From the NCBI GenBank assembly GCA_964188305.1, contig OZ076888.1: a DNA stretch of 64,000 nt; one strand, 5' to 3'. A program made the translations under genes and the position numbers. Below, piece by piece: positions 1 through 12,552 of this stretch. This stretch comes from Podarcis bocagei. Lineage: Eukaryota. The first letter of the stretch is position 1, and every line of letters starts with the position of its first letter. The notes below the pieces were generated by a model. The model was not told the origin of the DNA. It did no database searches and saw only the letters and a list, made by a program, of their open reading frames with translations.

Positions 1-179
1 CAGCTTTACCTCCTTCAAGTACCGGGGTGAGGAAAGCCTGGCACGAGCTTGTCATTCAGGATCTGCGCAATCAGTTAGTGCACAAACTCGTGCAAGCCAT
101 CTTCCCAACTCCTGACGCAGTGGCACCGTAAGAGCTCTGGATGGAGAATCTGGTGGCTTACGCTAGGAAAGTAAATGGG
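1..179 (+). pseudogene. CREBBP: Processed pseudogene fragment of CREBBP (CBP/p300 family), KIX domain; probably continues left of the window
   Basis: Frame 3 reads [58 protein letters not shown] versus recalled [60 protein letters not shown]; in-frame TAA at 129-131. Confidence 0.88.
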
Positions 180-335
180 GGGAGGTGGCTAACACAAAAT
201 TAAAGAGAGTGCTGTTATTTCTTCTTCCCTCCTACTTCTGCCATAGACAACCTTAGGTTTATTGGGAGGCAGCTATGTCCTGCTACTCCTGACTGTACAG
301 ATCACACAGGATATATCTGTGTATATATCACATAA

Positions 336-684
336 AAAGGTAAAGGACCCCTGACAGTTAAGTCCAGTCACGAACAACTCTGGGGTTGCGGCGCTCATCT
401 CACTTTATTGGCCGAGGGAGCCGGCGTACAGCTTCCGGGTCATGTGTCCAGCATGACTAAGCCACTTCTGGCGAAACCAGAGCAGCGCATGGAAACGCCA
501 TTTACCTTCCTGCTGGAGTGGTACCTATTTATCTACTTGCACTTTGTGCTTTCGAACTGCTAGGTTGGCTGGAGCTGGGACCGAACAACGGGAGCTCACC
601 CCCGTCGCAGGGATTGAAACTGCCTACCTTCTGATCAGGAAGCCCTAGGCTCAGTGGTTTCGACCACAGTGCTACCCACGTCCC
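336..684 (-). mobile_element. Sauria SINE
   Basis: Reverse complement of the GGGACGCGGGTGGCGCTGTGG head and CCTTTACCT tail; approximate TSD ATATATCAC. Confidence 0.9.
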
Positions 685-864
685 ATATATCACTTATGCA
701 CACACTATTGAGCGTTCCAGCAGTACTATGAAGAATATACAAGGTGGCTACACCACACTCACACTCACACTCTTACATACATACACACAGTCACTGCTCA
801 CATATCCATCTCTCCCCCGCCACTCAAACCACACATAACATGGAGACTAGATAGTTTATACCCC

Positions 865-870
<6 letters not shown>

Positions 871-924
<54 letters not shown>

Positions 925-925
925 T
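871..925. repeat. (CT)n(CA)n compound microsatellite
   Basis: Directly visible. Confidence 0.95.
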
Positions 926-1773
926 GTGCATCTATCCCTCTCTTGCCTAAGTGCACCGTCTTCCTCTCTCATACACTTGGGAGTCCACAGGATTATTTTC
1001 TGGAGGGGCGGGAGTTTCTTCCATATGGTGGGCGGCAAAGTAAAACACTGAAATGGTGGAGCTGTATAATTTATCACACAAAAAATTGAGAAGAACTGTT
1101 TCTGTATGTTCTGCCTCATATCTCGGGTTCAATAAATGCTAGAAACTTCTTTTTAAATTAAAACTGGAGATCAGGGAATTACAGTTTATTCTGGGGCATC
1201 CAAGAAGGCCTTCACAGGCAACCCCTGAGAAATGCAGTAATAGGTCCACCATTGTACTTCATGCTATTGAAATACAATAGTGGGGGGGGGATTCCTTCAG
1301 TAGAGAATCCTCTTGTATGTAAATAAGCAGCCATCTTTTATATTCTTTTCTTGCATTTTGTGAATATAATTCAGCCTTTGTCTAATCATAGTCATTGACC
1401 ACTCAGTATAGATTTTTACTTGTCTTTGAAATTCACAGATAAGAAATGCATTATCTAACAGTGTTTTAAAATAATCTTACTGGGATAATTCTTCAGAATC
1501 CACCCACACCGTATAAATTGTGTAACAAAAGAAGTGTATACAAATGCACTTGTTCAGATTCAGCAATGTCATCTCTTTGTTTCATTTTGTTGTATTAATG
1601 GAGGAGTAGCTGAATTTTGGGTTTTAGAGCATCCAAACTCCAGTTGGTGTGTAAATCAAAATGTATTTAAAGTTCAACGTGCTAGTTTATAAGGCAGCAT
1701 TAGTTTTATTAGTCACACAAAAGATGAAGGTAGCTATGTTGACCCATACGATTTTCATTATCCATATTAGTAC

Positions 1774-2365
1774 AATGCCTTTTATTAGGCCAACCAAAAT
1801 ATAGCAAAAGGGTGTGCAAGCTTTTGCGCACTCCTAAAATTCTTGACCAGGCTAGAAAGTTAACAGAGCACTTGGCAGAAGTGAGATGACAACAGTTGTA
1901 ACATTGAAGCCATGGAATCTTCACTGATCAGTCTTGAGGTGGAATGGGAACTGGGTAGCCCACGTGCAAATGAAGCTCTTTATGGAGCTTTTCCTGCTGG
2001 GAATAAGAGGCATAGCAATGGTTGATTCCCAATTTCTGAAAAGCTTTCCATCCGTATGTGTGGAAGCCTATGTGTTTCATCTAAGGTTGGAGAGAGTTTC
2101 AGAGATGGTAAATCAGCCAACAGTTCTCAGCAGACCTTGGTGCAACTCAATAGCTGCATCGATTCATTTGTATTTTTTTCTGTCTTCTTTGTTACTATGT
2201 TTTAAGACTGCCACCAGATGCAGACCCCATGGTTTCAACATCAACCACAAGCAGCCCTCTCTCCCCCATACTGCCCTGTTCACCATGTAGCTTGATGAAG
2301 CGTTTTGGAAAACTTAAAAGCTTGCACTATTTTGTTACATTTTGGTTGGCCTAATAAAGAGATTG
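1774..2365. mobile_element. Penelope-like element remnant with inverted terminal arms (1774-1855 and 2288-2365)
   Basis: Perfect 20-bp inverted repeat TTTATTAGGCCAACCAAAAT / ATTTTGGTTGGCCTAATAAA plus AAAGCTTGCAC in both arms; layout recalls PLE pseudo-LTR ends. Confidence 0.55.
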
Positions 2366-2698
2366 TCCAAGTACAGAATTTGACAGTACTTTTATTGAGG
2401 TATTGTAGTCTTAACTTACAGATTTTTTTGCTCCAAGAATTAAAGTGGACTGATTTGGTGCTATTGAAAACATGCATGGAATAGAGAAGTATTTAAAGCC
2501 ATTTATTTATTTGGCAACTTATTGGATCTGGGTCCTTAATGGAGGGGGGAATTGAGCATTTGGGACAACTTCTGTCACTGATCTGCAGTTGTGTTCTTCA
2601 GAATACATAGTTTTCAACAAATTGTTGGATTGAAGGAAATAAACTTCATAAAATACTAAATGTGTATAACATAGGGTTCTTCTTAATTCCTGCTTTAG

Positions 2699-2804
2699 GA
2701 CGACGTAGACAGTTTAAACCCAGTTCTCAGGGACAACCCACAGCTTCAGGAGGAAGTAAAAATCTGGGTAAAGGAACAAAAGGTGCAAGAGATTTTTATG
2801 CAAG
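2699..2804 (+). CDS. JMJD1C: JMJD1C exon (~human exon 4)
   Basis: tttag|[36 protein letters not shown]|gtaatt. Confidence 0.95.
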
Positions 2805-5800
2805 GTAATTTTGAGAAATATTTTTTTCTTCTAATTAGGTCCCATGAAAATTAATACTGAAACATGATTGGAGGAAAAATTATACTGTAAGTAGAAATGT
2901 GGATTTGTTTTCAAAATTTATTAAATGAAAGTATATTCATATTTCAGAAACTGTTGTTTAGTATATGGTAAATAGCTCAGTAGTTCAGCAATGCCATTAG
3001 CCATGATTTACTTGGTTTTTTGTGTTGAGGGGGGATGCTTTTAAAAATCAGGTGTAATTGCATGTATTATGAATTATTTCTTGTCGCTTGAAGCACTTGT
3101 GAGTAGTGAATTTAAAAAACAGTTTGTGGTTAAGTCCTTGGAGCTGACATGATGAAAAAGGGACATGACGACATCTTCTGAGTCTGTGACCCAAGTTTAT
3201 ATATTAAATGTAAATACATGTAATATTATGCTACATTAATGGTACATTTTCCAGGCAAACAAAGGGTGTCAGCAAGTAATATTCTGCAGGGACTGGAAAT
3301 GCTTTTTCAGTGGATTTGATTCCCACAGTAAGAGTATAAGGAGTCCTGCTGGATCTGATCCAACGTCTGTCTAGCCCATCTTGTTTCTCACAATTCCAGA
3401 TACTTCTCGGAAGCGCACCAGCAAGACACGAAGGCAGTATGGTTTTAGCTGCAATTCACAATGCACCCATTCTTCTACTGGATCTGTACTAATATTTTTT
3501 CATGCATAGATAAGAACATTCATAGGGCTAGGTAAAAGTAAAGGGACCCCTGACCATTAGGTCCAGTCATGGCCGACTCTGGGGTTGCAGTGCTTATCTC
3601 GCTTTATTGGCCGAGGAAGCCGGTGTACAGCTTCCGGGTCATGTGGCCAGCATGACTAAGCCGCTTCTGGCGAACCAGAGCAGCGCACGGAAACGCCGTT
3701 TACCTTCCCGCCGGAGTGGTACCTATTTATCTACTTGCACTTTGACGTGCTTTTGAACTGCTAGGTTGACAGGAGCAGGGACCGAGCAACGAGAGCTCAC
3801 CCGGTCGCAGGGATTCGAACCGCTTACCTTCTGATCGGCAAGTCCTAGGCTCTGTGGTTTAACCCACAGTGCCACCTGCGTCCCTTAGTTATTGTTTAGT
3901 TATTGACAATTTTGGTGCCACCTGAGGTGTAATGTCAGTATGATCTTTTTCACAGAACTTTTTCCACACTACACTACAGCTCAGTGCTAAAGCAACAAGC
4001 AGGGAGCATAGGAACAAAACTTTAATGCAGAAATGTCTAAAATCTTAAAATAAGCAGACTAAAAATTTCCTTCTTAGACTATTTATGCATTATGACTTGT
4101 GGGTAATAGCCGTGGTATTTCCCAACCAGTTTTCAGTATAACCAATTTCCAATTTTAGGATATTTTGTTCACAAAGCCCCCCCCCCCCCTTTTTTTAATT
4201 TGTAGTATTTTAAAATAGGAAGTTGTTTGTTGGTTACTATGTGATTTAAATGCATGTTTCATCTGCTGGGTTTTATAAATTAATGTTTGTTATTGCTCAG
4301 TAGCCTTGGGAAGGAGAAAAGGCTGCTGAATGATTTTGATTTTTTTTTTTAACTACTGCAGAGGCTGCAGAGTTCTGTGGTCACTTGTGGGAAGCTATTG
4401 GCAGCTGTGAAACCCAAAACTTCAAGAACTACATTGTTTCTACTCCAGAAGCATCTGGGCATGCAAACAGCTGCTGGGGAGGTTCTGTTCAAGAAGTTAG
4501 GCTTGCTTGATCATAAAAATGCCTCTGTATCCAAAGAGAAGTATGCAGTAGACTTAAAGGCATAATGGAAGTTGGGTTTTCGTGGGTGGGGTGGGTTACA
4601 GTGTAAGATAACATCTGTGCTGCATGCGCTTTTAAAACCAAGCCATGGATTGGAAAATTATTGCAATAATCCTCAAAAACTATTTTTATTTTTATTTTTA
4701 TTTTCAAAGGACCATATTCCTTAAACGGCTATAGAGTGAGAGTATACAGACAGGACTCTGCCACCCAGTGGTTCACTGGTATAATAACTCATCATGATCT
4801 ATTCACTCGCACTATGATTGTTATGAATGATCAGGTAACTATTTCTTCCGTGTTTGTCTTAAACATAAATAGGTTTGCCATGGCTTTGGAACTGTTGGCC
4901 TAAAATTGAGTTGCATATATACATTGTTTTAAAATATTACTTAACACAATCATTTATGGTTTTAAAAACTCAAATCTGCTTATTCGGTTATTACCTGACC
5001 AGTAAGATAAATAAAATGTGGATGAAGGGAATCATGTTTGTAAGGATTCATTGTTGTTGTTTTTAAAAAGTGCTGTCAGGTGATAAAGTGGCTATAAATG
5101 CCTACATGGAACAAAGGAAACCAGAATGCATATTGCAGTAGCCTTTAATATTTTCAGGGCATAAATGCAGAATTAAAATGGAGCTGCGGGAGGGGGTGAA
5201 GATCTATTTTCCTTAATTGAGCCCCCAAGATAATGAAATGGTGGGGTAGAAGTAACGGCCAATATAACCTTTTGTCCTGTTTTCAGTTAGCGTTGGTTTA
5301 TAGTTATCATTAATCACTCATACACCTTTCCCTCTGAAGCAGAAAAAAAATCTTCATCCTGTATGCTTTATTTTTGTTTGACCAGTTTAAAAAAAATTGA
5401 AGGATTTTCAGTTTGGGACCAAAGCTGGAACGTTGGTATTGTTCTTATAAAACATGTTAACATGTATTCCCCCTCCCTTTCAATATGAAAGGATGCCACT
5501 TCTTCATTCCTTTTGAAGTTTTGTGCCAACAAAGTTGTTTCAAGTTAGGACATAAATTTTGTATTTGCAGCTGGTATTCATATGGAATATATAAATAAGA
5601 ATTGATTCCCTTTTTTTGTTTTTCAAAATTAACCAGGTTTTAGAACCACAAAATGTGGATCCCTCTATGGTTCAGATGACCTTTCTAGATGATGTTGTTC
5701 ACTCTTTGTTGAAAGGTGAAAATATTGGCATTACATCACGACGCAGGTCTCGTTCCAACCAGAACAGCAACACAGCCCACGTAGATATATTTTGATTTTA

Positions 5801-8800
5801 AATTTCATTGCCATTTACTTTGTTACCTATCTTGTATTAATGAATTATAAATGTATTGCTCTTTTTATTTAGGGCCACTATACCCGGGCACAGGCAAATA
5901 GTCCCAGGCCAGCAATGAATTCCCAGAGTGCAGCACCTAAGCAAAATTCACATCACCAGCAGCGGAATGCTCGTCCACATAAAAGGAAAGGCTCTGATAG
6001 CAGTGTGCCTGATGAAGAAAAGACAAAAGAGGAAAAATACGACTATATCAGTCAAGGAGGTATAAACATTTTTCAAAGGGTTGGAACAATTCTTCTTCAA
6101 CATAATACTAAATAAAGGAATATTTATTTATTTATTTATTTATTTATTTCTACAGAAAATTCCAAAAATAAAAGCAAACACTTTCTTTCCAAAAGAAGAA
6201 AACCAGAAGATGATGAAAAGAAACTCTGTATGAAGAGGCAGCGGATAGACAACACTTCAGACTATTCTGAGAGCAGTGACTCAGAAAATTCAAACAAAAG
6301 ACTGACAGATTCTTCGTCGGAGCAGAATTCAGAGAATGAATTGAAAAGCAAGAACACTTCAAAGATAAATGGGAAAGAAGGAAAATCCCAGAGCAGTGAT
6401 GGTATAGAGGAACAAACACTAATAGACAGCCAGTCACCCTGGCACGAGATACAGGAAGATAAAAAACATCAAGAAACAGATAGGCCAGAGTCAGCTGACT
6501 TGGAGCTGCAAGAAATTTCACTCCATCAAGCCGAGCAGCCAACAGTTTATGATAGGAATGCGAATGATGTATGCATTCAAGAGTGCAGTATAGAAAAGCA
6601 ACAACCCAGGGAGCTCTTACCGAATGAGCAGTTTGTGCCCAGTTGCCCTACACCAAAAGGTTGTATTGATATAAATATTGAAAACAGTTCAACTATTGAG
6701 GCCCAGGAAAACATATCAAATACTTTTGGTTTGCAAACTCGTCAGAAAATGGAGCCTCTGGGTAGTGATACAAAACATCTGTTTACAAATTCAAGCTTTC
6801 TGGAAGTGAGAAAGCTGGAAACTGATGAAAACTGGATTAATAATGCCAACAAAATGGATTTGATACAACCAAAAGTTGTGAAAAGTACATCAGCAAATGA
6901 ACATCATAATTCTGAAAAAGTTCCGTATGGCTCTGTTTCATCTTTAACTGTCATTTCCATAGCAGAAGAGGGCAGAGTACGTAAACAAAGTCCAGTCTCT
7001 GATGTAGCGAAGTCAAAAGCTGGCCCACTGATTGAAACCCCTAAAATCAAGTCAAATTCTTCACCTGAAGTTAAATATAAACACGCCCAATCTCCCGACA
7101 CTGTGAAGTCTAAGGTTAATTACCAAAACAGCCATGTTACTGGCGTAACAAGGTCAGCAATTAAAACTGAACATGATTTGCCTAGGTCTAGCTTTCATCC
7201 AGTTCCAGCTAGAGTTAGTTCAATAGAAGCTACTAAAAGTCCTCTTATCATTGACAAGAATGAACATTTCACAGTTTACAGAGATCCCGCTCTAATTGGA
7301 CAAGAAACGGGAACTAACCATATATCACCCTATTTACATCAACATAACTATCCTCCTCATTCCACTTCCCATAGAACTTGTTTAAATCCAAACACTCATC
7401 ACCCCGCATTAACTGGTGCATCCCATTTGTTAGCTGGGTCCTCAAACCAAACTCCTTTGTCTGCTATTAATACACATCCTCTTAGTAGTACATCTCACCA
7501 TTCTGTTCATCACCCGCATCTACTTCCTGCAGTGTTACCTGGAGTGCCTACAGCCTCTCTGTTGGGAGGCCATCCACGACTAGAGACTGCTCACGCTAGC
7601 AGCTTAAGCCATTTGGCATTAGCACACCAGCAACAGCAACAGATGCTGCAGCACCAGTCACCACATCTTCTTGGGCAAGCTCACCCTTCAGCTACGTATA
7701 ATCACCTGGGACTTTATCCAATTATTTGGCAGTATCCCAACGGAACACATGCATACTCAGGACTTGGAATACCTTCATCTAAATGGGTCCATTCTGAAGC
7801 TTCTGTTAATACCGAGGCTCCTCTGAGAAGGGTAAGTCATGCTCAAACCCCAGTTTATTATAAATTGGAATAATATCATATGATAACTTGATGTGGTGTG
7901 TAATCTGTTTATAGTGCTTTATAATTGCCTTAACAAATTTAAATAATTGCTGCTTTGTAATCAGGCTTTGATTCAAGAGGGGAGGGGAAAATGAAACATG
8001 TCATAGTTTTGTATTATGTATATTATTAGAGTTGGGTGACTGAGTGCAACACTTATATTTGTGCTTAAATTCTGCTTTCTGGTGAGAGGTTGGGAGGCAC
8101 TTTAGGGTTGTGTTTTTTAAAAGAAGAGAAATCTGGATTTATAGGGTTTTCTGTTTCTTAAAAAAAAAGCCATTGTTGTAGAAGCATACAGAATGTGGGG
8201 ATACTTAAAACTGAAATTCAAAGACTCAAATGTCCTTAGCTTTGTAGAAGGATTTCTTTCACCCATTACTGTAGTATCTTAGCAGCAGAATATAATATAC
8301 TATAATAGGATGGAGGCCCAATACAGATGCAGTAATAGCAGTCTCCTAGCCATGATTAAGAGATTGGAAGCATGCCACAGGCTCATGTGTACTTTCTCCT
8401 GCTCTCCCTTTCTGTTGATAACTAATGTGCAACATTACATTTGCAGCAGTGGTAACTAATTGCTAGCTTTTAAACTGGGGCCAGATGTTGGTTTTCAAAC
8501 CTTTCTTAGTACCAGTGCAGACTTAATACTGCACCATACTAATTCTAACCAGAGAAAGGGGGCTGGGAAAGAACATGGCAAGCTTCCAGGCTCCTAATCA
8601 TGATATCATTAGCATTGCATCTGCATGAGTCTTTTTTGCTAGTTAACTAACCCATTATTGAATCTATTGCTATTGAAGATGTTTCATACTGTATTTTGTA
8701 GTAAGTGTGGCATGCAAGATGGTATAGCTTTGGCTGGGAATTGTGTTCCAAAAATGGGCCACGGGTGATATTTCAGTTTACTTTTAGAAGATGCTGACCA

Positions 8801-11800
8801 CAGATTTTTCTCCTACTCATTTGGTATGCTTTTCTTTTTAGTTAAATTTAACATTTTACCTTGCTTCAAAATAAACTGAATACTTTTTCATCTATTTTGA
8901 ATCCTTATTCAAATAGGATTCAAAAATAGGATAGCCGCAATAATTTAATTGTGTCACTTATACCTTAAACAATGCCAGCACAGAAAAACAGTTTGGCACC
9001 CTAGGATTTTGATAAAATGGAGTTATGCTTATGTTTAGGTTCCAGTAGTAACTATAAAGTCTGGTTTTATTGCTGTTAACAGAATACTCCTAGTCCTTGG
9101 TTACACCAACCCACCCCTGTGACCTCAGCTGACGGTCTTGGGTTAATGAGCCACATACCTGTAAGACCATCCAGTGCAGAACCACATCGGCCACTTAAAT
9201 TGACGACACACTCTAGTCCTCCATTGTCAAAAAGTATAGCGGATCATCATAAAGAGTAAGTTTGCTTTGTTTAAATTTCTAAACACAAGAGGTAAGATAA
9301 TGCTGATGAAAGAGTGAGGATGGTTTACTTGTTTGCTTTTTGTATTTAGCTTTAAGTCTCTGGAAACTTTGCATCACATATCACACTCAAAGGATGACCA
9401 ACAGGAATGTGAAAAGTATATTAATGATGAATATATTATTACTATCACTTTCACATTTGTATGGCATATTTCTTGTTTAGCATATTAATGCATTGATGTG
9501 AAACAGAATTATTTCAGTTCTGCTTTCTGTGTCTTTGTACAGAGAATTGGAAAGGAAAGGAATTTTTGAACCTTTACGTTCAGTTGCAGCTACTCCAGCA
9601 AAGTCAGATGTAGAGCATAACAGATCACAGACCGCAAAAGAGGGCCATTTGCAAAGACACTTTGTAGACCCACTGCAAAGGTCACTTCAAGAGACAGGCG
9701 AGAGGCTAAGCAAGTATAAAGAAGAGCACAGGAGGATACTTCAAGAAAGTATTGAGGTTGCTCCTTTTACTGCTAAAATCAAGGCACTTGAGGGTGAAAG
9801 GGAATCATATTCCAGAATATTGCCATTATCATCCTCTAGCCCCAAAAGCCATGGAGTAAAACATGAGAAAGATTCAGAACTCTACAAGATGAAGCATTCT
9901 GTACCACAGAACTTGCCACAAAGCAACTATTTTACCACTTTGTCTAACAGTGTGGTCAACGAACCACCACGAACATACTCCTCAAAAGAGGTTTCAGGTA
10001 TGTGTGCCGATAAACAGAGCAGTTGTCCTTCAACAGCTTCTGCTCAGTCACTCACTTCTTTCACTACATCTCTTTCAAAACCACCACCTTTGATTAAACA
10101 CCCACCAGAGTCTGAAAGCTCAATAGGCAAGATAACAGAGCAGTTTTCACAGCAAGCAACCTCTAATTCAGCAAATTCTTTCAGAAATGACTCCAGAAGT
10201 CCTACTCAGTTGTCTGTTTCATCCTCAAGTACACTCCGAACAATGCCCGCTTTGCACAGGGCACCGGTGTTTCACCCTCCAGTCCATCACAGTTTGGAGA
10301 GGAAGGAAGGAAGTTACAATAGCCTTTCTCCTCCAACCTTAACTCCAGTGCAGCCAGTTAATGCTGGTAGCAAAATCCACGAATTACAGAAGCCACCAAC
10401 TTTAGTTCCTGAGCCGAAGGAAGCACAAAATGTTTACAAAAGTGCTTTGGAGCAAAAATTTACAGATATGTGGAAAAATAATACTATTCCAAATAATGAC
10501 AAAATGGAATGGCACATAGAGAGGAAATTGCCTTCTGCCACAGCTTCTGTCATTGTACGTCCACCTTCACGTACAAAGTATGATACAGTATCTGTCGTGC
10601 AGACAGCTCCGAAAGAGCGAGTTGTCGAAAGATCGCTGGTGGGGATAAACCAAACCGATTGTCCCAAACCAGCGGAAGCCAGAGAGACTGGAAGAATAGT
10701 TATGCCGACCGTGAACTCAGACACAATTCATGCCCAGTATGAAAAGAACTTGCCAGCTGCCTCCCAGGGCAGTGTTCCCAGTTCTGTCACGCCGACTACG
10801 ACGACACTATGCAGCACCAAAACAGATGTAACAGCATCTGTGGCTACTACTGGCGTTCCAATCATGGGCAGTTCAGAAGTGACTTACTGTTTGTCCAATG
10901 CAGCTTTAGCTTGCACGTCAGTAGAGAGTACTGTCTCCACAGCCATAAACCAGGAAGTGGCACACATACAAGAATGTGGCCTGAGCACCGCAGCTCCAGT
11001 TACATTAGCCTGCAGCAAAACGGAAAGTGTTCTTCAGGCCAGCTCTGGATTCTCTGGGCCATCTGATTTTATTCACTTGAAAAAGCACAAGGCAGCATTG
11101 GCTGCTGCTCAGTTTAAAAGTAGCGGTGCCAGTGATACAGAGTTGACTGCTGCGAAAAATCCAATATATCCAGCCTCCGTTTCCCTAGACAGTACTGTCA
11201 TCTCTGGTACAATAAACAAAGCAAATACTGTAGGCAATGGGCAAGTATCCCAGACGAGTCAAGGGAACTACCACACGAAGCTGAAAAAAGCTTGGCTCAC
11301 AAGACATTCGGAAGAAGATAAAAATACTAATAAAAAAGAGAATTCGGGGAACAGTGTCTCAGAAATCATTAAGCCATGTACTGTTAACTTAATAGCTTCT
11401 ACGTCAAATGATTTGCAAAATAATATAGATTGTAAAATGCTGGGTGAAAAGCTTGCGAAAGAAGAGAAACAGACAAGGCGAAAAACGAAAAGGACGTATG
11501 AATCTGGCTCTGAAAGTGGAGATTCTGATGAAAGTGAGAGCAAATCAGAGCAAAGGACTAAGCGGCAGCCTAAGCCAACTTACAAAAAGAAACAGAATGA
11601 TTTGCAAAAGAAAAAAGGCGATGCAGAGGAAGAAATAAAGCCAAATGGTGTTCTTAGCAGAAGTGCCAAAGAAAAAAGCAAATTGAAGTTACAGAGCAGC
11701 AGCAGCAATTGTAAGTATATAGTTAGCATACAAATTGGAATGTAAGAACATTAGGTTTTTTTATTGCAGTCAGGATTGTGTGTCTTTTATACTTTAAAAA

Positions 11801-12492
11801 ACAACAACAACCACCCAATATTATATACCAGGAAAAGCTTGAATTTTGAAACCTATCTAAATTATACATCTGTATATGTGTATTGTACAGTTCTGCTGTC
11901 CGCTATGCTTTCTTCAGACATTCATTCTGAATGTGTGGCGAGGCTGTGGGAATGCTTTAGTGTAGCTCCGTCCTTTCAATATAACCCCACAACACTCCCA
12001 AACCGGCACATGATGGACTGAGTCTGTAATGGTCACCCTCATGGTGCAGAGGGGTTTCCAGCAAAGAGACAGAAACTCTCACCAGTTAGGGATCTTATCC
12101 CTGTATTCTGCATGTGTTAAAAGTTGCCCCTTCAGACTCAGGCCACTGATCAGAACTGACTGATTTTGGCTGTACTGTAACATTGTTGTCAGTTTTACTA
12201 TTTACAATGATACTATTTAAAATTACCATTCACAAGTAATTTTAGGACTGCAACAAAACAGTGCTGAAATTGTATAAATGCTATAAAAGGGACACTTCAG
12301 TATACCTAATATTCCTAAGTGTTACAACTTAGAGGTTTATACAAATTGTTATTGTAAGTAGCTGTATATTATCCCATTTTTGAACTGTTACTTTAAAATG
12401 TTATTTTTTACTGATCAGTACTTGCTACACAATTCCAATCCCTGAAACTACTTTCTGACTCATGCCCGTTTACTTCTTCCAAAGCATGCATA

Positions 12493-12552
<60 letters not shown>

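Noticed and set aside
8892-8929. Small AT-rich hairpin in intron 8
   Set aside because: Short, low-complexity, no supporting context
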